A stretch of 64,000 nucleotides of DNA, taken from the NCBI GenBank assembly GCA_038329785.1, contig JBBQNI010000011.1, forward strand, positions 2,518-66,517. Reading direction: 5' to 3'. Numbering within the stretch: the first letter of the stretch is position 1; each line of letters opens with the position of its first letter. Shown piece by piece: positions 48,473 through 57,544 of the stretch. A model generated the notes under the pieces. The model made no database searches, was not told where the DNA came from, and was given only the letters and a program-made list of their open reading frames with translations. The translations under genes were made by a program, and so were the position numbers. The DNA is from Anaerolineales bacterium. Lineage in GTDB: Bacteria; Chloroflexota; Anaerolineae; Anaerolineales; Anaerolineaceae.

Positions 48473-49402
48473 CTACTCTGCAAGATTCTTAATTTGCTCA
48501 AATAATTCTTTTTGTTTCGCATTTAATTTGGCAGGCAGGGAAACTCTGGCGCGGGCAAACAGATCTCCAAATTGAGTTGCATTTTTCATTTTTGGCATAC
48601 CCCGCCCCGAAAGTCGGAAGACTCGCCCGGGCTGTGTTCCAGCCGGTATATTCAAAAGGACCTCGCCTTTGGGGGTGGGTACTTTCACTTCTCCACCTAG
48701 AATCGCTGTGTATAAATCAACCTGAAACTCGCTGTTAAGATCATCACCTTTGCGGTCATAACGAGGGTCATCAGCAACTTCCACCACCAGGTATACATCG
48801 CCATTATTCGGGCCGACACCGGCAACCCGCACTTTTGTGCCCGTTTTCGCGCCAGCAGGAATTTTCACCTCTATGCGACGGTCATCAATTTGTAAGAGAC
48901 GGGCGGTGCCAGAATAGGCTTCCATAAACTGGATTTGCACACTCTGCTGATAATTACGCGGACGCTGTTGAACAGGTCGAGCCTGTCCTCTACGGCCGCC
49001 CGTACTGAATCCCCCAGTTCCGCCGCCAAAAATGGAACTGAAGAAATCCGAAAACCCACCCCCAAACATATCTTCAAGATCATTTATATCCACGCGCGCG
49101 CCACCGCTACCGCCCTGCGATTGGCTAACCCAGTCATTCCAATTGAAATTATTAGGGTTGCCGCCCCCTTCCTGAAATTGGGAATAAGAATCGCCTAATT
49201 GATCATAGCGTGCCCGTTTTTTCGAATCACTCAAAACCTCATTGGCCTCGTTGATTTCTTTAAATTTATCTTCCGCTTCCTTATTTCCCGGGTTACGGTC
49301 TGGATGATACTTCATTGCCAGTTTACGATATGCTTTTTTAATTTCGTCATCCGATGCAGTTCGACTGACACCGATGGTTTTATAGTAATCTTTATATTCC
49401 AT
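48473..49402 (-). CDS. DnaJ-class co-chaperone lacking the zinc finger (CbpA-like)
   Basis: J domain with KYHPDRN, a G/F-rich region and two C-terminal beta domains. No CxxCxGxG repeats. Confidence 0.88.
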   Translation of the reverse strand: MEYKDYYKTIGVSRTASDDEIKKAYRKLAMKYHPDRNPGNKEAEDKFKEINEANEVLSDSKKRARYDQLGDSYSQFQEGGGNPNNFNWNDWVSQSQGGSGGARVDINDLEDMFGGGFSDFFSSIFGGGTGGFSTGGRRGQARPVQQRPRNYQQSVQIQFMEAYSGTARLLQIDDRRIEVKIPAGAKTGTKVRVAGVGPNNGDVYLVVEVADDPRYDRKGDDLNSEFQVDLYTAILGGEVKVPTPKGEVLLNIPAGTQPGRVFRLSGRGMPKMKNATQFGDLFARARVSLPAKLNAKQKELFEQIKNLAE

Positions 49403-49870
49403 ACTTTAATATTATGATTATCCCCGTTTGCTTGTCAAGCTCTGGGTGAAACTCTTATGCAATACTTATACAAATCAGATTAATTGTTAATGTCAGACCT
49501 CCTCAATTTTAGCTGCATCCCGCGTTGCGCGAGGCCGTAGCTAATAGTTATTAGCAAAAAAAATTTGTATCAGGGTGAAAATTAGATCACGAATGGGGCG
49601 AATGATCGAATAGCACGAATATTTGGATGTAGCTACGATGTATGTCTGCCTGCTTGAGCTTTCCAGGCGACTATCTTCTCCACCATTACTCAGCAACTTG
49701 GTATGATCTACCTGCACGTAAAGCAACCCACGGTCTCCGGTCTTGCAAATTACGCATGGCGTGGTTTTGTTTTTTTCCTGATCTATCAATAAATCTCTAC
49801 CAGTCTCCACCTCAATCCGATCCCGAGATCTGTCCAATTATGCTAAACTACAAACGCAGCAAAGATATCC

Positions 49871-51316
49871 ATGAAAAACAAGCAAACTCTGGTCCTGATC
49901 CTGATACTCCTTTTAATTGCCCTGGCCAGTATCGCCTGGCTGAGCAGCTTCACGCGCCTGTACGCCGACGACTTCTGCGTCGGGGCAGATGCCCAACAAT
50001 TAAACCCGCTTTCATTTTTTCAAAAGTGGTACAGTATCTGGACTGGTCGTTTCAGCTATATTGTCCTGGCCGGGGTGCTCAGCCTGGGTGGTGACCAGCT
50101 GGCTGCTCTTTTACCAGCTCTCAGCCTGGTAATTTGGCTGCTGGCTTTAACCTGGGCATTTTTACCAATCTTGCGACGTTATGGGGTGGGTGAACCATTT
50201 TTGCCCTCAATCACGTTTGGCGCATTAGTTTTATTGATTCTCTTTAATAGCACGCCGAACCTTTTCCAGTCATTTTTCTGGCGGGATGGCTTAATAAATT
50301 ACACCTTTCCGTTGATCGGCCTGACAGTCATCATCGGTTTTCTTCTGCGCAGCCTGCTGGAAGCGAAATCCTCGGCGCGTTTATTGTTAAGTGTTTTTTT
50401 GATCAGCTTTATCAGTGGTGGTTTTTCCGAAGTGTTTTCGGTCATGCAAGTCACCATCCACGGTATTCTGATCCTGGTTGTGTTTATCACGCAAAAACCA
50501 ACTAATAGAAAACTTTTCCTGCCAATACTCTTCTCCTCCCTGGCAGGCGGGGTGATAGCGCTGCTCGTGGTTCTGCTCGCCCCGGGTAATGCCGTCCGCC
50601 AAAGCTTGCTGGCAGTTCATCCCAGCTTATTGCGTCTGGTTACATTTTCAACGCGCAATGCACTCTTTATCGCTGCCAAGTTTTTTTTCCAGACGCCCGG
50701 TTGGGCTTTCCTGACGCTGATCACTTGCGTGTGGGCAGTTTTGAACATCTTCCAACTGGCTGCCGGCGACCAGCTTCACTCTCAACCCAAGACGCCAGCC
50801 ACCATTCGCTCTCATTGGTTGAGTTACCTGATCCTGATACCGCTGACCACTTTCATAATTATAGTAGCTGCCTGCGCACCAGTCGTATACATGTTGAATG
50901 CCTACCCGGATGACCGTACCATCCTGCTGCCTGTATTTGTGCTGATCATCGCTGTCATGCTGAGTGTGATTCTCCTGACCAAGATTGCGCTTCAAAAGCG
51001 TTTCATGAAAAACATCCTGAGAAAGCCTTCCACAAATCGCTGGCTGACAATTGCTATGCTGGCATCTTTTCTTTTCGCTACTGCCTTGCAGGTAAGCAAC
51101 ACGATCCGAGACCTGCCGGAGTACCAAAATTATACAGCTGCCTGGGAAGCCCGTGATCAAGAATTGCGCAGCCAGGCAGGTCAGAAAGCACAGCAGGTGA
51201 CGGTACCCGGCCTTGCCAGCCGCTTTGGTCTTTCCGATCTGCGGGTAGAGGATGATTTTTGGGTCAACCGCTGCATGGCAGATTACTATCAGATTCCAAT
51301 TATTATCGGAAGGTAA
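49871..51316 (+). CDS. Polytopic membrane protein, possibly a GT-C-type glycosyltransferase (DUF6056-like)
   Basis: At least 10 hydrophobic helices and an N-terminal YADDF motif in the first loop. The C-terminal soluble tail ends in FWVNRCMADYYQIP. The function call is weak. Confidence 0.45.
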   Translation: MKNKQTLVLILILLLIALASIAWLSSFTRLYADDFCVGADAQQLNPLSFFQKWYSIWTGRFSYIVLAGVLSLGGDQLAALLPALSLVIWLLALTWAFLPILRRYGVGEPFLPSITFGALVLLILFNSTPNLFQSFFWRDGLINYTFPLIGLTVIIGFLLRSLLEAKSSARLLLSVFLISFISGGFSEVFSVMQVTIHGILILVVFITQKPTNRKLFLPILFSSLAGGVIALLVVLLAPGNAVRQSLLAVHPSLLRLVTFSTRNALFIAAKFFFQTPGWAFLTLITCVWAVLNIFQLAAGDQLHSQPKTPATIRSHWLSYLILIPLTTFIIIVAACAPVVYMLNAYPDDRTILLPVFVLIIAVMLSVILLTKIALQKRFMKNILRKPSTNRWLTIAMLASFLFATALQVSNTIRDLPEYQNYTAAWEARDQELRSQAGQKAQQVTVPGLASRFGLSDLRVEDDFWVNRCMADYYQIPIIIGR

Positions 51317-51573
51317 ATAGCTTGTACCCGGAATCTACGTCGCCGGATCAGTCAAAGAAAAGCGTTTTATAAAAATCCCCGCTTTCGATGTGATTTTAGG
51401 TTTTGTAAGCAAATTATCCATCAATTCTCAGCAAAAGATGCTACTTTCCACCCACTTTTGACGATTTTCGGATTTTCTCATCAGACTCATAATTTCACCT
51501 AAAAGGTGAATCGGCAAACTTCTGATTGAAATACAATGTTAAAATTTGGAGGGATAGAAAATATACCATCAGG

Positions 51574-51681
51574 ATGGATGCCGTGATCAATAAAATCGAA
51601 TTCTCCGCCAGAAATCTCACCTCAAACACCGGTTTGTTTCTATTATTGGAACATGCACAACAAGAAAGGGATTTTTGATTT
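51574..51681 (+). pseudogene. N-terminal remnant of a DDE transposase (IS1380/IS4-like)
   Basis: A 35-codon ORF, MDAVINKIEFSARNLTSNTGLFLLLEHAQQERDF*, resembles the conserved N-terminus of IS1380/IS4-type transposases (...I.F....LTS.AGL.LL.E...). No DDE domain follows. A 7-bp inverted repeat TTCACCT-AAA-AGGTGAA lies at 51494-51510. Confidence 0.4.
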
Positions 51682-51757
51682 GATTAATCACGATTTGGAT
51701 TATTGTTCAATTGCCTTTAAACTACTATGCATTAGGAAAAAAATTGGAGGAAATCAA

Positions 51758-52039
51758 ATGGAAAAGAAAACAGAAGTTATTTATATTCTCGTGGATGAAG
51801 TATTACAGACATTCTCGGAACCTTACGGTGAAGATATTATAGAGGACGTATTTATAGCGATTGAAAACAATCATGATTATCACAGACAATATGATGACCT
51901 CGTCGAAGAACTTCGGACTAGGGTAGTAAATCCTTGGATTGGGAAATATACAAGAGCCATAATTGGGTATCGTAAATTGCGGGTGGTAGGCTCAAAACGC
52001 AGCGATCTCATTAAATACTACACAAAACTTATCCCGTAG
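51758..52039 (+). CDS. Hypothetical protein (93 aa)
   Basis: ATG 51758 is preceded by TGGAGGAAA. No recognisable domain. The track's longer version (51653) overlaps the transposase remnant. Confidence 0.4.
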   Translation: MEKKTEVIYILVDEVLQTFSEPYGEDIIEDVFIAIENNHDYHRQYDDLVEELRTRVVNPWIGKYTRAIIGYRKLRVVGSKRSDLIKYYTKLIP

Positions 52040-52327
52040 TTGCAATTTGATAACCAAGGTAGACCAGCATATTTTCCAATACAATTGATGATGATAAAAA
52101 CAGAAAAGGATCCTGCAGAAATAACTTTCTGGTTCTCCTTCCTGATCACTCTCATGCTAAAAGAATGTCTCCAGGTCCTTTCCGACGCCAAGGCAACCGA
52201 CCCTTCCCCCGACCTTGTATAGCACTCCGAGGATCTTTTCCCGAGGAGCCCAGCGTTACCACCTGCTGGATTGCGACTGCCCTCCCCTGAAAAAACAACC
52301 TTTTTCATTTCTCGACCCGTTATTTGT

Positions 52328-52497
52328 ATTTAAGTCAGGCTGAGAAAAATCATTGCCAACGTCTGATATTATGAAATGGATCGGTAAAATGATTCAAAAT
52401 GGAGGAAATTATGCTAATGTTAATGGGGTTTCACCATAACCATTATCCCTTTGGGGTGAAATGTTGGCAAAATTTATTCGACGTGGAATTTCGGACA
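52328..52497 (+). promoter_or_regulatory. Upstream leader copy A (paralogous to 53500..53609)
   Basis: Block 1 (52328-52391) matches 53500-53564 at 44 of 61 hand-aligned positions. Block 2 (52466-52497) matches 53577-53609 at about 26 of 31. It precedes the PAS-GGDEF gene. Confidence 0.6.
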
Positions 52498-52539
52498 TTA
52501 TAATTTTATTCGTAGTTAGGACCAGATCGGAGAGACGCC

Positions 52540-53424
52540 ATGGAAGGTTATTCGCACTTTTGCAAAGACGAGTGGGTACTCAAAGCGTTAATGGACAATT
52601 CTGGCGATAGTGTCTACATCAAAGACCGCCAATGCAGATTATGGCGTGTTAGCCACAAAATGGCCTCCGATTTAGCAAAAAACGGTATTACTGATATCTA
52701 TGGAAAAACCGATCTCGAATTATTTGGTGAATCCTTAGGTAAAAGGACGATGGTCGATGATCAACAGGTAATGGAAACCGGTCAACCAAAATTAAGTATG
52801 ATTGAAAACCATACTGATAAAACTCAAAGTGAAACCAATTGGACCTCCACAACCAAATTACCAATCTACAATGATGAAGGTGAAGTGATTGGTCTGGTTG
52901 GCATCACCCGTGAAATTAACGAATTAAAAAACTCCGAAATCGGTTTTCAATGGTTAGCCACACATGATTCCCTCACCTCTTTGCCGAATCGTTTTATATT
53001 ATCCGACCGAATTGGACAGGCTATTTTTCATGCCAAGCGCAACAAAAGCCTGTTTGCTCTTCTCTTTATTGACTTAAACGGATTTAAAAGTATCAATGAT
53101 AAAGCCGGTCACGCTATGGGAGACCTCTATCTAAAAAAAGTAGCCCTTGCACTTACCAGAAACGTGCGTTCATCAGACACAGTCTCACGCATCGGTGGTG
53201 ATGAATTTGTCGTGCTACTGGTTGGAATTGCCAACACAGACGAACCGAAAAAAGTAGCCTCCAAGCTGATCAAGATCATTCGCTTGAGTGTCGATGAAGA
53301 AGAAAATAGTGTCACCGCTTCTATCGGCATCAGCACATATCCGGCCGACGGTGAAGATGCTGACTTATTATTGAAAGTGGCTGACCACGCCATGTACAAG
53401 GCGAAACAAAATGAAAGAGAATGA
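52540..53424 (+). CDS. PAS-GGDEF diguanylate cyclase (cytoplasmic)
   Basis: PAS (SGDSVYIKDRQCRLWRVSHKMA...GKTDLELFG...DDQQVMETG...GLVGITREINELK). GGDEF domain with GGDEF and an RSSD I-site 5 residues upstream. GGAGAG Shine-Dalgarno. Confidence 0.9.
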   Translation: MEGYSHFCKDEWVLKALMDNSGDSVYIKDRQCRLWRVSHKMASDLAKNGITDIYGKTDLELFGESLGKRTMVDDQQVMETGQPKLSMIENHTDKTQSETNWTSTTKLPIYNDEGEVIGLVGITREINELKNSEIGFQWLATHDSLTSLPNRFILSDRIGQAIFHAKRNKSLFALLFIDLNGFKSINDKAGHAMGDLYLKKVALALTRNVRSSDTVSRIGGDEFVVLLVGIANTDEPKKVASKLIKIIRLSVDEEENSVTASIGISTYPADGEDADLLLKVADHAMYKAKQNERE

Positions 53425-53499
53425 TCTTGCATTGCTAATAATTATTTTTTTAATCTTGACACAGGTGCAGGGCGTGAAATATTTTGGCCCGTTATTTCC

Positions 53500-53609
53500 A
53501 TTTAAGTTGGGCTGGAAATAATCATTTTCGATGAGAGATTTTCTTAAATGGATCGCTAAAAATGGTGTACAATAGTGGAAAAATTTATTTGATGTGGATT
53601 TTCGGTAAT
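53500..53609 (+). promoter_or_regulatory. Upstream leader copy B (paralogous to 52328..52497)
   Basis: See copy A. It contains TACAAT (-10-like) and ends 4-5 nt before the ATG of the HD-GYP gene, which has no Shine-Dalgarno. Confidence 0.6.
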
Positions 53610-53613
53610 ACAT

Positions 53614-56600
53614 ATGAAATCTAAATTTGATACTAAACAGATCATAGAAGAATCCAATCATGCGATTGCAGGAGATAGTTCCAATCGCAAAAAGTTGGAA
53701 GACGCACTTGACAAGAGCAATTCCAAGTTATCAAACCGGGTAAAGGAACTTGAATATTTTTATAACTTTTCCGAATTGATTGAAACCAAAAATATTTCGC
53801 TTGAAATGATATTCCAGGGAGTTGTTGACCTTATTCCACCTGCATGGAAATACCCTGAAATAACCTGCGCCAAATTGGCAATAGATGGCCGTGAATTCTC
53901 AACAAAAAATTATAAAGAAAGCAAATGGCAGCAAACAGGCGAAATCTTATTAAACGGTACTAAAGCCGGACTTTTGGTTGTGGGCTATTTGCACAAAAAG
54001 CCTGAAGCAGATGAAGGTGTTTTTCTGAAAGAAGAACAATATTTGCTTGATGCAATATGCGAACGGGTAGGTCGGATTACCGAGCGGTTGAATGCGGAGG
54101 ATGCCAAACAAGAGAATATAAATACTCTGCGCCGGTTGGCTACAGTGGTCAGGGATTCGAACGATGCGATCATCATGCATGACTTTGAAGGCAAGATACT
54201 GGCCTGGAACCGCGGTGCAGCAGAAATCTATGGCTATAGTAAAGCCGAGGCGCTTGGCATGAATGTCAAAGAATTGGTGGCTGAACCCGATCGAAAAGCC
54301 GCGTTGGCCCTTATCAAAAAAATCGAGAAGGGAGAGATCGTCAAATCGTTAGAACTTCGCCGGATCACAAAGGATGGCCGGAAATTGGATGTCTGGCTGA
54401 CCATTACAACGCTGGCTGATGATAACGGGGTGCCAGAGGCAATCTCCTCCACCGAACGCGATATCACCGAAAGAAAGCAGGCTGAAGAAGCGCTTCGGAA
54501 TAATCAAAAACGCTACGAAAAAGCTCAGGCAATGGGTCATGTAGGGAATTGGGAATTTGACCCTGTGACAAAAAACTTCTGGGGTTCGGATGAAGCCAAA
54601 AGGATCTATGGTTTTGAATTGGATCGCGAGAATTTAACGATAGAGAATGTGGAAAGCTGCATTCCAGAAAGAGAACGCGTACATCAGGCGTTAGTCGATC
54701 TGATAGAACATGATAAGAAATACGATCTGATCTTTGATATCATTACTTTTGATAAGGGGATCCGGAAAACTATTCATTCAATTGCCGAGGTAGAAAGAGA
54801 TGCCCGCAGTGACTGGATAAAAGTAACCGGCGTTATCAGTGATATTACAGAGCAAAAGAGGGTAGAAAAAGCTCTACAGGAATCAGAATTAAAACACAGA
54901 ACTTATATTGAGCAAGCTCCAATTGGGATATTTGTTGCTAATAACAAAGGTAAATACATTGATGTCAATCCGGGAGCATGTGCGTTATTGGGGTACACGC
55001 GGGATGAACTATTAGATCTATCAGTTCTTGATATCTCAGCTCGTAAAGAGGATGCCGAAAGTTTCGGACAGCTAATGAAAGAAGGAAAAGTAAGTTTTGA
55101 ATCTAAACTAAAGAAAAAAGATGGTTCAGTGGTCGATGTGATATTAGACGCTGTATCTATCCCTAACGACCAGTTTATTGCTTTCTGTATTGACATCACC
55201 GAGCGTAAGAAATATACGCATGATTTACAGCAAGAACGGGACAAGGCACAAAAATATCTGGACATCGTCGAAGTGATGATAGTTGCTCTCAACTCAAATG
55301 GCGAGATAACACTCATCAACAATAAGGGGAATAAAGTCCTTGCCTATGAAGAAGATGAACTAATAGGTGAGAACTGGTTTGAGTCTTGTATACCAGAAGG
55401 AAAAAGAAAAGAAGTCAAACAGGTTTTTAAGAAGATAATGGCAGGAGAGATAGAGTCAGCTGAATACTTCGAGAACACGGTTATGACCAAATCAGGTGAG
55501 GAACGAATCATCGCCTGGCATAACTCACCATTGTGTAATGAAAAAGGACACAATATTGGCTTATTATCTTCCGGTGAGGATATCACTAAGCGCAACCGCT
55601 CACGGCAGCTCCTGATCGCTCTCAACCAGGCTTCTGGGGCTATGGGAACAGCACTCTCACAGCAAGATATTTTCAATGCAGTCGCCAAAGAACTTAAACA
55701 GCTTTATATCTCCTGCATGCTTTTTCTCATGGATGAAACCAAAAACAGGCTATTGACCTCATATATGAGTTTTGATTCGGCATTGGTTAATGAGATTGCT
55801 AAGTTGGTCGGGATTAACCCAGAAGAATTTTTATTCAAGATAGATGATGTTGATATCTATCGAACTGTGATCTGGGAGAAGGAGTCGATCTTAGTAACAG
55901 ATTCCAATCAGGTAGTACGGCAAATACTGCCAAAAGGTGCCAAAATGTTATCCTCAAAAATTGTGGATCTGCTGCGTGTTCAGAAAGGCATCTTTGCCCC
56001 TTTAATTGTGGAAGAGCAGGTTATTGGTGTATTTTCGATCCAATCCAGCACTCTGACTGAAGATGATATACCAGCTACTACTGCCTTCGCCCATGAGCTC
56101 GCTGGTGCCTGGAACAAAGGTCAACTAGTACAGGATTTGAGAAAAACGATTGAGGGAACCATCCACACCATCGCTGCCACTGCTGAAGCACGCGACCCAT
56201 ACACTGCCGGCCACCAGGCACGTGTGGCTGACCTGGCGGTGGCAATCGCCAGCGAGATGAGCCTTTCTGTTGATCAAGTAGAAGGGATAAAAATGGCTGG
56301 TATCGTTCATGACCTTGGAAAGATCCAGATACCGGCTGAAATTCTCAGCAAACCAGGTAAGATCACTGATCTTGAATTCGAATTAATTAAAACACACCCG
56401 CAGATCGGATTTGACATACTGAAGGGAATTGAATTCCCATGGCCAATTGCTCAAATTGTCTACCAGCATCATGAGAAGATAAATGGCTCCGGTTATCCGC
56501 AGAGGCTTAAAGGAGATGAAATACTGCTTGAAGCCAGGATCCTGTCTGTGGCGGATATCGTGGAAGCGATGTCCTCTCACCGACCATACCGCCCGGCATT

Positions 56601-56718
56601 GGGCATTGATATAGCGTTGGCGCAAATAAAGCAGGATAAAGGCACCTTTTTAGATCCCAAAGTGGTGGATGCGTGCATAAAGATATTTAAAGAGGGATAT
56701 ATATTACCTATGGGTTAA
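53614..56718 (+). CDS. Multi-sensor c-di-GMP phosphodiesterase (N-terminal sensor module, about four PAS domains, GAF, HD-GYP)
   Basis: Repeated PAS cores each ending in (D/E)IT(E/K)RK. A GAF-like region. The C-terminal HD-GYP domain has HDLGKIQIP, HHEKINGSGYP and ADIVEAMSSHRPYR. Confidence 0.9.
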   Translation: MKSKFDTKQIIEESNHAIAGDSSNRKKLEDALDKSNSKLSNRVKELEYFYNFSELIETKNISLEMIFQGVVDLIPPAWKYPEITCAKLAIDGREFSTKNYKESKWQQTGEILLNGTKAGLLVVGYLHKKPEADEGVFLKEEQYLLDAICERVGRITERLNAEDAKQENINTLRRLATVVRDSNDAIIMHDFEGKILAWNRGAAEIYGYSKAEALGMNVKELVAEPDRKAALALIKKIEKGEIVKSLELRRITKDGRKLDVWLTITTLADDNGVPEAISSTERDITERKQAEEALRNNQKRYEKAQAMGHVGNWEFDPVTKNFWGSDEAKRIYGFELDRENLTIENVESCIPERERVHQALVDLIEHDKKYDLIFDIITFDKGIRKTIHSIAEVERDARSDWIKVTGVISDITEQKRVEKALQESELKHRTYIEQAPIGIFVANNKGKYIDVNPGACALLGYTRDELLDLSVLDISARKEDAESFGQLMKEGKVSFESKLKKKDGSVVDVILDAVSIPNDQFIAFCIDITERKKYTHDLQQERDKAQKYLDIVEVMIVALNSNGEITLINNKGNKVLAYEEDELIGENWFESCIPEGKRKEVKQVFKKIMAGEIESAEYFENTVMTKSGEERIIAWHNSPLCNEKGHNIGLLSSGEDITKRNRSRQLLIALNQASGAMGTALSQQDIFNAVAKELKQLYISCMLFLMDETKNRLLTSYMSFDSALVNEIAKLVGINPEEFLFKIDDVDIYRTVIWEKESILVTDSNQVVRQILPKGAKMLSSKIVDLLRVQKGIFAPLIVEEQVIGVFSIQSSTLTEDDIPATTAFAHELAGAWNKGQLVQDLRKTIEGTIHTIAATAEARDPYTAGHQARVADLAVAIASEMSLSVDQVEGIKMAGIVHDLGKIQIPAEILSKPGKITDLEFELIKTHPQIGFDILKGIEFPWPIAQIVYQHHEKINGSGYPQRLKGDEILLEARILSVADIVEAMSSHRPYRPALGIDIALAQIKQDKGTFLDPKVVDACIKIFKEGYILPMG

Positions 56719-57544
56719 ATCATACAGTTTCCTGATTAAGAACCAGTTGCCTCATCTTAAGAAATGAAATTCATATTGAGTACCTGATTCTCGAATAAAA
56801 GACGCCTCCGCCGTAACTCGAACCCCTAACCAACTGATTCGAAGGCGGGTACTCAGAGTGTCCACAGCGTGTTCCTGTGTTCATTGTGCCCATAGTTCAT
56901 ACAAAATAGGCGTGAATTTGTCCAAACAGTCCATTGTGTCCACCTGGCCTCATGGGCGTTGCACCCGCGTTGTAGGTTGTAGCCACTGCGCTATTTTTGA
57001 GTGAGTAGCCGATGTCCACTGCGTGCGATTGAGCGAATAACTAAAATTGAACAGCAGAATGGGATTTTGCCGCGAATACCCATTTTGTAATTGGCATAAA
57101 ATCTAACATAGGCCTGATGGTCCGTTCAGGGTAAGCCTCTAAGTCGGGATGATATCGGAAACCGGGTTTGGGTTAGGATTGCAAACCAATTCCGCGAATG
57201 AAGCCAAGATGTAAATCAACCACTATCCTGATTTCGGTTTTCAGCACTTTGTTGAAGTTGTTACTTGGGACGAAGGTACGCAAAACTGTCTAAGAGGAAA
57301 GAGCTTGAAATCGAATAATACTTATCCTGAAGTCAGCATTTATGGTTCCTGCAAGAAGTTAATTCCCTGGTTGGAGGACACAAGTGTCAAGCGCAAAAAT
57401 TCCTTGCATCACATTAGAAATGGGTATCTTTTTTCAACAAAAGTCTTTCTATACTCTCGAACATCCAAAATCATATATTGCTAACCCCTAATTTCCAATC
57501 CCAATCTCTTTCATTTTTCTTTTTTTCCATGCTATCATTAAGCT

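Noticed and set aside
49541-50094. ORFs of 98 aa (minus) and 150 aa (plus) in or overlapping the dnaJ-like / membrane-protein intergenic region
   Set aside because: They have no motifs and no SD, and they overlap each other and the start of the 481-aa membrane protein. I treat them as non-coding.
56800-56860. TTCGA-containing segment that looked like a tRNA 3' half (a possible integration-site scar)
   Set aside because: I could not fold a T-arm or acceptor stem on either strand, because the stems flanking TTCGAGT and TTCGAAG are not complementary.
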